From contig CBDCOX010000002.1 in assembly GCA_965219995.1 (NCBI GenBank), forward strand, positions 5,216,001-5,280,000: a stretch of 64,000 nucleotides of DNA, read 5' to 3'. Numbering within the stretch: position 1 is the first letter of the stretch; each line of letters begins with the position of its first letter. The translations under genes were made by a program, and so were the position numbers. Positions 27,587 through 36,916 of this stretch are shown one piece after another. The DNA is from Candidatus Latescibacterota bacterium. GTDB taxonomy: Bacteria > Latescibacterota > UBA2968 > GCA-2709665. The notes under the pieces are model-generated. The model searched no databases, was not told the origin of the DNA, and saw only the letters and a list, made by a program, of their open reading frames with translations.

Positions 27587-29497
27587 ATGGCTGGAGGTGA
27601 ATTGAGCGGTCTCGACCGGCGGCTCGGCGTGGGCGAGCCGATCACGCGGCGGGACTTCATCGGGTCGACGCTGGTCGGCGCGGGTGCGACCCTGCTGTCG
27701 GGCTGCGCCCCGCTCGCCACCACCCCGCAAACCGTTCAGACCGCGGGATTCCATCCCTGGGACGGTTACGGCGGCGTCGGCGACTACGCCACCAGCAACG
27801 GCAACACCCAGGCGGTCATGGACGCCGCGCACGTCCTGCGCGACGGCGGCCAAGCCGGTGCGCTCGCCTCAGCCTCCGCTACGGGCGAGACGTTCGATCT
27901 CGTGGTGGTGGGCGGCGGATTCGCCGGGCTCGGCGCCGCCTTCCAGTTCCACGCCGGCAGCGAAGGCAGGACCTGCCTGGTGCTCGACAATCACCCGGTG
28001 TTCGGCGGCGAGGCGAAGGAGAACGAGTTCTCCGTCGGCGGCTATCGGCTGTTCGGACCGCAGGGCTCCAACGGCTTCATGCCGCCGGTGGGTCGAACCA
28101 CTCTCTCGGACGACGTGTGGCGCGCCGTCGGCATGCCGATGGAGTACGAGTTCGCCGACGCCGACGAGACCTTCGGCATGCGCCTCGCCCACGACAGCTA
28201 CGACGCGATGTTCTGGGGCGAACCGCACCTGGATGTCGGTCACTACTTCCGCGACGGCAACGGCGGCTGCTGGGTGAAGGACATCTGGGACGACGGCCTC
28301 GCACGCACCCCCTGGTCCGACCCCCTGCGGCGCGACATGCTCCGCGCCTTCACCGGCAAGGAGACCGCGCACGGCATGGAAGGCCTGGGGCCCTGGCTCG
28401 ACGCGATGAGCTACCGCGACTACCTGGTGCGGGAACTCAGGCTGCATCCCGGCGTCGCGGACCACATCGACCCGGTGCTGGCCATCGCGAACTACGGTTT
28501 CGGATGCGACGTGATCTCGGCCTACGCCGCCTACCTGCTGCAGTTGCCCGGCATGAAGGGCTACTTCACCGCGGACACCTACGACTTCTCGCAGATCAAG
28601 ATCATGAGCTTCCCCGGCGGCAACACCACCTATGCCCGCTACATCGTCAAGCACCTGATCCCGGACTCCATCCCGGGGCAGGGGCTCGAGAACATCGCCC
28701 ACGGCAGGATCGACTTCGACGCGCTCGACCGCGACGGCGCCCCGACCCGCCTGCGCCTCGGCGCCACGGCCATCGGCGTGCGGCACGAGGGCGACGGCGT
28801 CCGCGTGACCTACCTGCACGACGGGCGCGCCGAGCACGTGCGCGCCCGCACCGTCGCGATTGCCGCGAGCGGCCAGATGGCCCGCAGGATCGTCGCCGAC
28901 ATGCCCGAGAACGTGCGCGCGAACTACGCGCAGTTCCATCACGGCGCCGTGCTGGTGGTCAACGTGGCGCTCAACAACTGGCGCTTCCTGCACCGGCTCG
29001 GCATCGGCGCCGGGCGCTGGTACGACGGCTTCGGTTTCGTCGGCAGCATCCGCGCGCCCATGAAGGTCGGCGGGCTGACCGCGCCCCACCACCCCGACCT
29101 GCCGACGGTGATGACCTTCTACGTGCCCTTCCACACCCCGGGTCTCCACATCGACGCCCAGGCCCGGCTCGGCCGCGCCCAGTTGCTCGCGAAGCCCTAC
29201 CTCGACTACGAGCGCGAGATTCGCACCCACATGAACGACCTGTTCGGCTCCGCCGGGTTCGACGCCCGCCGGGACATCGCCGGCATCATCCTCAACCGGT
29301 GGGGGCACGCGTACATCGCGCCGCAGCCGGGGTTCTACTTCGGCGGCGAGAACGGCGAGGGACTCACCGCACCCATGAAGCAGGGGCACGGCCGCATCTT
29401 CTACGGCCACTCCGAACTCGGCTGGCGCATGAACTACCGGAACGCCATCACCGAGGGCGGCCGCGCCGGCGAGCAGGCCGCCGCGGCGCTCGGCTGA
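27587..29497 (+). CDS. Tat-exported FAD oxidoreductase, spermidine dehydrogenase (SpdH)-like
   Basis: ITRRDFI, VVVGGGFAGL, LDNH..FGGEAK.NEF, FPGGN, FDARRDIAGIILNRWGHAY. Confidence 0.8.
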   Translation: MAGGELSGLDRRLGVGEPITRRDFIGSTLVGAGATLLSGCAPLATTPQTVQTAGFHPWDGYGGVGDYATSNGNTQAVMDAAHVLRDGGQAGALASASATGETFDLVVVGGGFAGLGAAFQFHAGSEGRTCLVLDNHPVFGGEAKENEFSVGGYRLFGPQGSNGFMPPVGRTTLSDDVWRAVGMPMEYEFADADETFGMRLAHDSYDAMFWGEPHLDVGHYFRDGNGGCWVKDIWDDGLARTPWSDPLRRDMLRAFTGKETAHGMEGLGPWLDAMSYRDYLVRELRLHPGVADHIDPVLAIANYGFGCDVISAYAAYLLQLPGMKGYFTADTYDFSQIKIMSFPGGNTTYARYIVKHLIPDSIPGQGLENIAHGRIDFDALDRDGAPTRLRLGATAIGVRHEGDGVRVTYLHDGRAEHVRARTVAIAASGQMARRIVADMPENVRANYAQFHHGAVLVVNVALNNWRFLHRLGIGAGRWYDGFGFVGSIRAPMKVGGLTAPHHPDLPTVMTFYVPFHTPGLHIDAQARLGRAQLLAKPYLDYEREIRTHMNDLFGSAGFDARRDIAGIILNRWGHAYIAPQPGFYFGGENGEGLTAPMKQGHGRIFYGHSELGWRMNYRNAITEGGRAGEQAAAALG

Positions 29498-29568
29498 GGA
29501 CCGCAGGAGACGATGAGTTAGGGCTGGGCGGCGACCGGGTCAGAGGGCGAGTTGCCCCGGGTGGACGG

Positions 29569-29811
29569 CTACAGCAACCGCAAGGCGGCGAACAGCAACG
29601 TCGCCGTGGCTACCTGGGCGGCAATGATGCGTACTGTCAGTTCGGCCTTGAGCGCGGCGAGGTCAGTCTTGAGCGCGGCGAGGTCGGCCTTCGTCGCCAG
29701 CGAGTCGTCGGCGACGGCAACGGTCTCGACGATCGCGCGCGCCGCCGCCGTGTCTACGCCGGCCGCTTCCAAACGTTCGACCGCCGCTGCGGTGTCGATC
29801 GTGTACGCCAT
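29569..29811 (-). CDS. DUF1640/CCDC90-like small coiled-coil membrane protein
   Basis: IDT..AVERLEAAG...ARAI, LATKADL heptads, C-terminal TM segment. Confidence 0.75.
   Translation of the reverse strand: MAYTIDTAAAVERLEAAGVDTAAARAIVETVAVADDSLATKADLAALKTDLAALKAELTVRIIAAQVATATLLFAALRLL
29647..29685. repeat. Tandem repeat, period 21 (one coiled-coil heptad)
   Basis: CTTGAGCGCGGCGAGGTC at 29647 and 29668. Confidence 0.85.
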
Positions 29812-29862
29812 GTCACGAATTGTGCCCGTCCCTGCGCAAACCGCAAGGATGGCTGCCGGTCG

Positions 29863-30161
29863 TGCACCGACTCGGCATCGGCGCCAGGCGCTGATACGAC
29901 CGCTTCGGGTTCGTCGGCAGCATCCGCGCGCCGATGGAGCGCCCCCGGGATATCGCCGGCATCATCCTCAACCGGTGGGGCCACGGGTACATCGCGCCGC
30001 ACCGGGGTTCTACTTCGGCGGCGCGAACGGCGACGGACTCACCGCGCCCGTGAAGCAGGGGCGGCCGCATCTTCTACGGCCACTCCCAGCTCGGCTGGTG
30101 CATCAACTACCGGAACGCCATCACCGAGGGTGGCCGCGCCGGCGAGCAGGCCGCCGCGGCG
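29863..30161 (+). pseudogene. Decayed partial copy of the 3' end of the SpdH-like gene
   Basis: Matches about 28989-29063 and 29265-29488, with a TGG>TGA change, an internal deletion of roughly 200 bp and small frameshifting deletions. Confidence 0.88.
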
Positions 30162-30198
30162 GCCACCCATCGTTGGCATCAGTCCGCAAAAGCCTTAA

Positions 30199-30695
<497 letters not shown>

Positions 30696-30722
30696 GCGCC
30701 GCGCCGAAGCGCTGCCCGGAGG

Positions 30723-32432
30723 CTACCTCGCTTCGGCTGACCCGTTCGGCGCCTCGTCGCTCGGCGGAGTCAGCAGCGCGCCGAAGAACGTGCTCAGGTC
30801 CGGATTGCCGCCGATCTCAAGGTAGGCCTGGCGGAACTCGTCCCTCGAGACGGTTGAGTTTTCGTCCAGGAACGTCGAGACCGCCGCCGTGTCCGTGCCA
30901 TGGGCGCGCAGGTCGCGGGCGCCCCGGACGAACGCCCCGCGGTCCCAGTTGTCCTGGCCGGCGGCCCGGTCCGGGTTGAGCAGGGCGGCATCCGCCGCGT
31001 CTTGAATCTGCGCGTCGGACACGGGCGTGGGAATGGCGATGGCGTAGTTGAAGGCGGCGGTGAAGAGCACGCCGCGCACGTACGAGACGGTCCTCGCCCA
31101 GTCGGCGCCGGAACGGCGCTCGGCCACCTCCGGCACGGCCGCGTCGACGAGCAGCCAGTTCTCGATGACGCTGCGCAGCATGGTGACGTCGGGGGCTATT
31201 TCCGGCACCGCCCAGTTGTTGGTCGCGTAGACGACGGCGGTGTCGAAGTTGGGCCAGGCAAGCGCCCCGTTCTGCCAGCCGTACATGTGGGCGCCGCCGT
31301 GCTGGATGTTGAAGGCCGGCTCGCCGACCTTGTCGAGCATCCAGGCGAGGCCCATCTGCAATCCGCCCATGGACTCCGACTGCGGCGTCAACGCCAGCTC
31401 GACGGTTTCGGGCGCGAGGATCCGCGCGCCGCCGTATTCGCCCCCGTTCAGGAACGCCAGGAGGAACCGCACGAAGTCGCCCGGCGTCGCCACGAAGCCG
31501 CCCGCCGGGAACTCGCCGAAGTAGACCGCCGGCGTCGGGATCCAGACCGATCCCATGGGCATGTAGCCGGTGGACCTGCGTTCCCAGATGTCCGGGCGGA
31601 TGTGCTCCCGATCCTGCACCGGCGGATACTGCGAGTAGCGCATGCCGAGCGGTTCCATGAAGTGCCGCTCGACGAACTCCGAGTACGACAGTCCTTCCGG
31701 GTTGTTCTCCTCGACGATCAGGCCGAGGGTGCCCATGCCGAGGTTCGAGTACATGAACGCCTCCCCCGCCCTGGCGTGCCAGCGGGGCATGCTGTCGCCC
31801 CCCATCATCGGCACCATCGGGCGGGCGTACTCCGCCTCGATCTCCTCGCGCAGGGACCGCGGCCGCTCGAACAGGCTGAGGGCGGCGTCCTGCATGAGGC
31901 CCGGCCTGTGGGTCAGCAGGTCGCGAACCGTGATGTCCCGTCCGCCGAGGGGATTGCGCACCTCGAAGGGCAGGTAGTCGTTGATCGGCCCGTCGAGCTC
32001 GAGCACGCCGTCCTCGACGAGTTTCAGGATCGCCATGCCCGTGTAGAGCTTCCCCATCGAGCCGGACTGGAACACCGTCTCCGGGGTCATGGGCGTCCGC
32101 GCGGCGAGATCGGCATGACCGAAGCCCGCCTCCCAGACCACGTCTCCCCGGCGCGCGAGGGCGATGTTGAAACCCGGCGATCCGTAACCGTGCATCAGCG
32201 CGGGGATGACCGCGCGCAGGGCGCCGATGAGCCTCAGGTCCTTCTCGTCTTCCGTGCGCACGATTTCGGTCACGGGGATGTCCCGGCCGGACGGGGCCGC
32301 TGCGGCGGCCGCCGAGGGTGCGGGGGGCGATGCCCCGTCCGGAGCCGCTCCGCCCCCATCGGGCGTGCAGGCGCCGAGCGCGAGCGTCAGCGACAGCGTC
32401 AGAGCCAAAGTTCCCCAGTGCATTGCGTTCAC
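30723..32432 (-). CDS. Serine hydrolase (beta-lactamase class C-like) lipoprotein with a C-terminal extension
   Basis: Lipobox LGAC; SMGK (SxxK), LLTH, YSN, HGG. Confidence 0.87.
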   Translation of the reverse strand: MNAMHWGTLALTLSLTLALGACTPDGGGAAPDGASPPAPSAAAAAAPSGRDIPVTEIVRTEDEKDLRLIGALRAVIPALMHGYGSPGFNIALARRGDVVWEAGFGHADLAARTPMTPETVFQSGSMGKLYTGMAILKLVEDGVLELDGPINDYLPFEVRNPLGGRDITVRDLLTHRPGLMQDAALSLFERPRSLREEIEAEYARPMVPMMGGDSMPRWHARAGEAFMYSNLGMGTLGLIVEENNPEGLSYSEFVERHFMEPLGMRYSQYPPVQDREHIRPDIWERRSTGYMPMGSVWIPTPAVYFGEFPAGGFVATPGDFVRFLLAFLNGGEYGGARILAPETVELALTPQSESMGGLQMGLAWMLDKVGEPAFNIQHGGAHMYGWQNGALAWPNFDTAVVYATNNWAVPEIAPDVTMLRSVIENWLLVDAAVPEVAERRSGADWARTVSYVRGVLFTAAFNYAIAIPTPVSDAQIQDAADAALLNPDRAAGQDNWDRGAFVRGARDLRAHGTDTAAVSTFLDENSTVSRDEFRQAYLEIGGNPDLSTFFGALLTPPSDEAPNGSAEAR

Positions 32433-32462
32433 CCTCCAGATGGGAAGCCGCGAGGCTTCGCC

Positions 32463-34280
32463 TCAGTCGTCCTGCCCAAACGCCCAACCGTCGAAGTAGG
32501 GCGACACCGCACCACGCCGGATACCCGTTTCCGGGTCGACGTGGATGCCGACCCAGTATCCCCGCCAGCCGGAGGCCTCCGCGCTCGAGACTTCCACCAC
32601 CGGCTGGCCCATCGCACGCACCCGCTCCAGCAGCCCCGCATCGAAGGCACCCTCCTCCACCGTCTGGGCGGCGGCGTTCTCGATGGCGACGCCCAGTGCC
32701 CGGTCGAGACCGCCGCTCATCGGTCGAAGCACCTGGGGGCTCTCGGCCGCGGCCTTGGGATCGAGCCCGTATTCCAGGATGTTGACGATGGCCTGGTAGG
32801 TCTGTTCGTGCACGCCCATGCCGATGCTCGACGAGACGAGCACGGGCTTGCCGTCCCGGGTAATCAGCACCGGGTTGGTCTCGATGGGCAGGCGGTTGCC
32901 CGGGCCCGCGCGGGCGATCTTGGTCTGCTGGTACTTGGCCGAATCGGCGATCGCCACGCCGTCGACGAAGATTCCGGTCGTGCCCCAGAGCACCGTGTTG
33001 ATGGTGTGCAGCAGCGCCGCGGCATTGCCCTCGGCGTCCACGGCCACGACCGCGTCCGAGTGATTGCCGGACGACGCTTGCGGACGCGATTCGTAGGCCG
33101 CGACATTGAGGACGCCCCACCCGTCGGTCTGCATGGCCTGCCAGAGGTTCTCCGCCGCCGCCTTGGACGTACGTTCCTCCGGCGCCGTGGCGATTCCCGG
33201 GGCATGGCGCTCGATCAGCGCGGCCGGGGTGACGTGATGGGTGAGCGAGGTGCCCATGATGTCCATGACGCGGGCGATGCGGGTGAGGTGGAACAGCGCC
33301 TCGGGCGACTCGGTGTAGTGGCCGAGCTGCCCGAGGCCCGCCCGTTCGACCAGGTTCAGCGCCTCGATCATGTTCACGCCGCCGAGATTCGGCTGGGCCG
33401 TGGCATGCACGTCGTAGCCGCGGAAGGTCGATGCGAGCGCCGCGTTCCAGGTCGGTTCGTAGCGCTCCAGGTCCTCCATGGCCATCATGCCGCCTTCGGA
33501 CCGCACCGCCTCGACCAGCTTGCGAGCCCACGGGCCGGCATACATGTACTGCGCACCCTGCTCCGCCACCTGCCGCAGGGTGTGGGCAAGTTCCGGCTGC
33601 GCGAAGCGATCGCCCGCGGCATACCAGCTTCCGTCGTCCTTCGTGAAGACGGCTTTCGTCTCCGGCCGCCGGGAGAGGACGTCCTGGCGCATCCCGATCA
33701 TGCCCCCGAGCATCGGCAGCACCTCAAAGCCTTCCTCGGCGAAGTGGATCGCGGGCCCGAACAGCGCCGCGAAGGGCAGCTTGCCGAAGCGTTCGTGCGC
33801 CGCCTCCACGCCCGCCATGAACCCCGGCACCAGCGAGGCGCGCCCGCTCGGCACGCCGTCCTCCGGGATCGTGAGCGGGTCGTCCTCGCCGAGCACCGTG
33901 TTCCAGCCACCGTTGAGGTGGTGGACTTCGCCGGTGGCCGCCTCGAAGACCATGAGGTCCATGAAGCCCGCGTGGCTGACGCAGCAACTCGCCACCAGGG
34001 TGATCTCCGCGAGGGCGTGGGTCAGCACCGCATCGACGGCGCTGCCGCCCTGGTTGAGGGCCTCGAGGCCCGCCCGGGCCGCGGCGGCGGCGGTGGTGCT
34101 GACCAACATGCCGGTCTTCGACTCCGCCCGCGGCTTCTCGGCGCCGAACAGGTTCTCGTATCGCGCGAGCTCTCCCTCGGGCCAGCTTCGCGGGGACAGG
34201 TCAGGGTCGGCCGCCCAGGCGAGGTTGGCGAGAAGGCACAGCAGCAGCGGTGTCAGGCGGGTCACGCGGAACTCCGTCAC
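32463..34280 (-). CDS. Secreted GGT-fold Ntn hydrolase (Ser at the nucleophile position)
   Basis: Signal peptide; GGSAVDA, LVPGF, FGKLPF, H-S-DAVVAVDAEGN..HTIN. Confidence 0.85.
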   Translation of the reverse strand: MTEFRVTRLTPLLLCLLANLAWAADPDLSPRSWPEGELARYENLFGAEKPRAESKTGMLVSTTAAAAARAGLEALNQGGSAVDAVLTHALAEITLVASCCVSHAGFMDLMVFEAATGEVHHLNGGWNTVLGEDDPLTIPEDGVPSGRASLVPGFMAGVEAAHERFGKLPFAALFGPAIHFAEEGFEVLPMLGGMIGMRQDVLSRRPETKAVFTKDDGSWYAAGDRFAQPELAHTLRQVAEQGAQYMYAGPWARKLVEAVRSEGGMMAMEDLERYEPTWNAALASTFRGYDVHATAQPNLGGVNMIEALNLVERAGLGQLGHYTESPEALFHLTRIARVMDIMGTSLTHHVTPAALIERHAPGIATAPEERTSKAAAENLWQAMQTDGWGVLNVAAYESRPQASSGNHSDAVVAVDAEGNAAALLHTINTVLWGTTGIFVDGVAIADSAKYQQTKIARAGPGNRLPIETNPVLITRDGKPVLVSSSIGMGVHEQTYQAIVNILEYGLDPKAAAESPQVLRPMSGGLDRALGVAIENAAAQTVEEGAFDAGLLERVRAMGQPVVEVSSAEASGWRGYWVGIHVDPETGIRRGAVSPYFDGWAFGQDD

Positions 34281-34334
34281 GAGCGATGCCCGGCAAGACG
34301 CACGCAGCCGGGGCGTCCCTCAGGAATCCGCCGA

Positions 34335-34421
34335 CATGCAGCTTACCGGCGCACCAACCTGTTCAAGACGCGGCGCGAGCTGATGGACTGGACGGACTAC
34401 ATCGCCGCATCCACCGCCTGA
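34335..34421 (+). pseudogene. C-terminal relic of a P4-like tyrosine integrase
   Basis: HAAYRRTNLFKTRRELMDWTDYI* matches the AAYxRxDLFxxRRxLMxxWxDY tail that carries the catalytic Tyr. Confidence 0.7.
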
Positions 34422-34497
34422 ATGCGAGCTTCCCCCGCCGGGCGCGAAACGCGCTCCGTCCCGCGGTCTGCTCTTGTCCGGCGCCACCCCCGCGAAG

Positions 34498-34526
34498 TTG
34501 AAAGACCCGCCCGTTGCCACTAAATT
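34498..34526 (+). promoter_or_regulatory. Putative sigma70 promoter for a leaderless TA transcript
   Basis: TTGAAA-17 nt-TAAATT-6 nt-ATG, no SD. Confidence 0.55.
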
Positions 34527-34532
34527 CGGGGC

Positions 34533-34901
34533 ATGGTCATCGAACATGCACCCGCCGCCGCGACCACCGAGAAGGCGCTGCGCGAACGCATCCACCGCCT
34601 CTTCTGCAGTGACGCTCCCGCTGGGCCGTCCCCCGTAGCGCCGCCGTTCTGGGTCGGCCCCACGGAGGAGCAGAAGCACACGATGTCCATGGACATCGAG
34701 GAGCGCATCGTGCTCAGGGACGATGTCGAGGTGCACGAGGGCGCGCCGTCGGTCGAAGAACGGTGGCTCAACGCGCCCCACGTCGGTCTCGACGGCGAGT
34801 CTCCCGAGGCGATGCTGACGGGCGGCGAGCACTCGCGCCAGCGCCTCCGCGCGTTCGTCGCGGCCATCGAGGCCGCGGTGCGGCAGGGCTCGTTCAGTTG
34901 A
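34533..34901 (+). CDS. MbcA/ParS/Xre-type antitoxin (toxin-binding domain)
   Basis: C-terminal RWLNAPHVGLDGESPEAML pattern; directly upstream of a RES gene. Confidence 0.68.
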   Translation: MVIEHAPAAATTEKALRERIHRLFCSDAPAGPSPVAPPFWVGPTEEQKHTMSMDIEERIVLRDDVEVHEGAPSVEERWLNAPHVGLDGESPEAMLTGGEHSRQRLRAFVAAIEAAVRQGSFS

Positions 34902-35479
34902 ATCCCGCTCGCGCCGGCGAGCTTCCCCTCATCCGTCTTGCCCAGCCCCGCTGGTATCGGTCGGTCGAGGAGCGCTACCGGTTCGATCCGCCGTTCGTCA
35001 GCCGCGAACCCACCCGGTTCAACCGCGGCGACCTTCAGGTGGCGTACTTCGGGCCCGACCAGGTACTGGCCCGATTCGAGGCGCGCGACGTTCTCGGCCA
35101 CTGGTTCGGCGACGCGGTGCCGGCGCCCCGGGACCGGCACGTCTTCGTCGAGTACGCGATCGACCTCGGCCCCGAGCCCGCCATCGTCGACGCGCGCCCG
35201 CCCCAGCTCCGTGCCATCGAGACCACCGTCCAGGAGATGACCGGCGACTGGCACAGCTATCCCTGGGCCGGCGCGAACGCGCCGACCCAGGATCTGGCCA
35301 GCGCCGTCCACGCCCGGCCGGACGCCCCGCTGGGGCTGACGGCTCCCTCCGCGCGCCACCCCCAGCAGGACAACCTGATCCTTTTCGCCGACAGGCTCCC
35401 GCCACGTTCCATCGCCTTCTCCAGAGTCCTGCTCTGGCACAGCGGCCTGCTCGCCAGCCGCCGCCGGGCCAGCCGGTAG
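34898..35479 (+). CDS. RES-domain toxin (putative NAD+-consuming)
   Basis: TTG start overlapping the antitoxin stop; WYR, TRFN, AYF...ARFE, APSAR...NLILF. Confidence 0.78.
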   Translation: MNPARAGELPLIRLAQPRWYRSVEERYRFDPPFVSREPTRFNRGDLQVAYFGPDQVLARFEARDVLGHWFGDAVPAPRDRHVFVEYAIDLGPEPAIVDARPPQLRAIETTVQEMTGDWHSYPWAGANAPTQDLASAVHARPDAPLGLTAPSARHPQQDNLILFADRLPPRSIAFSRVLLWHSGLLASRRRASR

Positions 35480-35564
35480 CCTTTCCGCGCAGAGGCGCAA
35501 GCAGGGCCGCCGTCGACAGCCCCTTCCTCTTGAGTTGATTCAGATTCAAAGCGGACGCGGGGGA

Positions 35565-36785
35565 CTACGAAGACCGACCGGACGGTTCGGAAGGAGGCGG
35601 CTCACAGGCGGACGGGATCCAGTGCACGCCAACCTCGAACAGCCGGTCGCCCACATCCTTGAAGTGTGCGAGCGCGTGATACTGTCCCGGCGCATCCGCC
35701 GCCGAAAGGATGCCTCGGTCGCATAGCGTTTGCAGATCCTCGCCCCCAGGCGCCGCGCCCCCCAGCAGCGCGACCCAGTCGGCGTCGTTCACCCCGTCGC
35801 GAAATCGGCCCCCGGGCCAATCCTCCAGGATGACGTTCAGTGCTCCCTGCGCTCCCGCGGAGAGATCGGTTTTGGCCACCTGGCCGAAGAACGCCGCGCG
35901 GTCACGCTCGAACTGCATGCGCTCCCATTCCCACTCGAGGCTCAGGCCGCAAACGTCAACGAACCACTCTACCCACGGGGTGACTTCGTTGCCCTGGGAG
36001 TGCTTGCCGTATTTGCCGAGTTCTTCGTAGTACTGCTCGACCCGGACATCGATCGCGGTGGCGAGGTACCCGGCGCCTTTCCCCCGCCCCCTGAGTACCC
36101 GCTCCGCAATGGCTCGTCCGATGCGCCCGTTCCCGTCCGAGAAGGGGTGAATACGTTCGAACCACAGGTGAGCGATGGCTGCCTTCACGGGCGCCAGCAG
36201 CGCCTGCTCCTGCAGTGGCTCATGCGTCGCGTTCATCGGGAGCGTGAGCGGGCGCCCCAGCCAGTCCAGGTAGTTCGCCATCAGTCGCTCGACCTGATCG
36301 GGACCGGGAGCCTCGTAGACGATCCCTCGCGTCCGGCTGCGGATGTGCACGTCCGTACGTCTGTACGCACCGATCTGCAGGGGTCCACCCCGACTTGGCC
36401 GCCCTCGCTGGTAGCCCAACAGCCGTTCGTGCATGTCGAGGAGAACCGCGCGGCCCAGGGCCGGCGCCGCCCGGCATGCCTCCAGCATGCCGATCACGCC
36501 GGCAGCCCTTGGGTCGGCATCTTCGGCCGGGTCCAGGCCGGTCGCCGCATCCCGCAGGTCGTCGTAGGAAATGTACTCACCTTCTATCTCGCTCGTCGAC
36601 GAGCCTTCCCGCAGCAGCGCACCCTTGACTGCCCTGGCTACCAAGGCCGGGGTCGCAGTCGACTCGTCGGCCAGCTGCGCACGTCGGTCACGAATGTGCC
36701 TGAGTGCGTCGCGGGTAGCGCTCCGCAGCACGTAGTCCCACTCCGGCCAGCCGGGTCTGTCCCAAATCCACATCCGCTCACTCAT
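35565..36785 (-). CDS. Fic-family AMPylase with DUF4172-like N-terminus
   Basis: HPFSDGNGRIGR; MWIWDRPGWP; inhibitory-type STSEIEG. Confidence 0.9.
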   Translation of the reverse strand: MSERMWIWDRPGWPEWDYVLRSATRDALRHIRDRRAQLADESTATPALVARAVKGALLREGSSTSEIEGEYISYDDLRDAATGLDPAEDADPRAAGVIGMLEACRAAPALGRAVLLDMHERLLGYQRGRPSRGGPLQIGAYRRTDVHIRSRTRGIVYEAPGPDQVERLMANYLDWLGRPLTLPMNATHEPLQEQALLAPVKAAIAHLWFERIHPFSDGNGRIGRAIAERVLRGRGKGAGYLATAIDVRVEQYYEELGKYGKHSQGNEVTPWVEWFVDVCGLSLEWEWERMQFERDRAAFFGQVAKTDLSAGAQGALNVILEDWPGGRFRDGVNDADWVALLGGAAPGGEDLQTLCDRGILSAADAPGQYHALAHFKDVGDRLFEVGVHWIPSACEPPPSEPSGRSS

Positions 36786-36916
36786 CGTTCACCTCCACGC
36801 CGCGAGACGTGGGGACCGTCGCGCGGCGCGGATAAGGCCCTCTCGACGACGCGACCACCGCTCAACCGTAGCCTCGCTACCCTTCGGACCCCCGCCCATA
36901 CTTCGCACCCCCTAAA

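Noticed and set aside
29890-29896. In-frame TGA in the SpdH-like duplicate as a second selenocysteine
   Set aside because: It replaces Trp (TGG), not Cys, has no SECIS-like stem and lies in a frameshifted fragment.
30900-34421. 1173-aa plus-strand ORF
   Set aside because: Antisense to the serine hydrolase and GGT genes; only the last 28 residues (integrase relic) carry signal.
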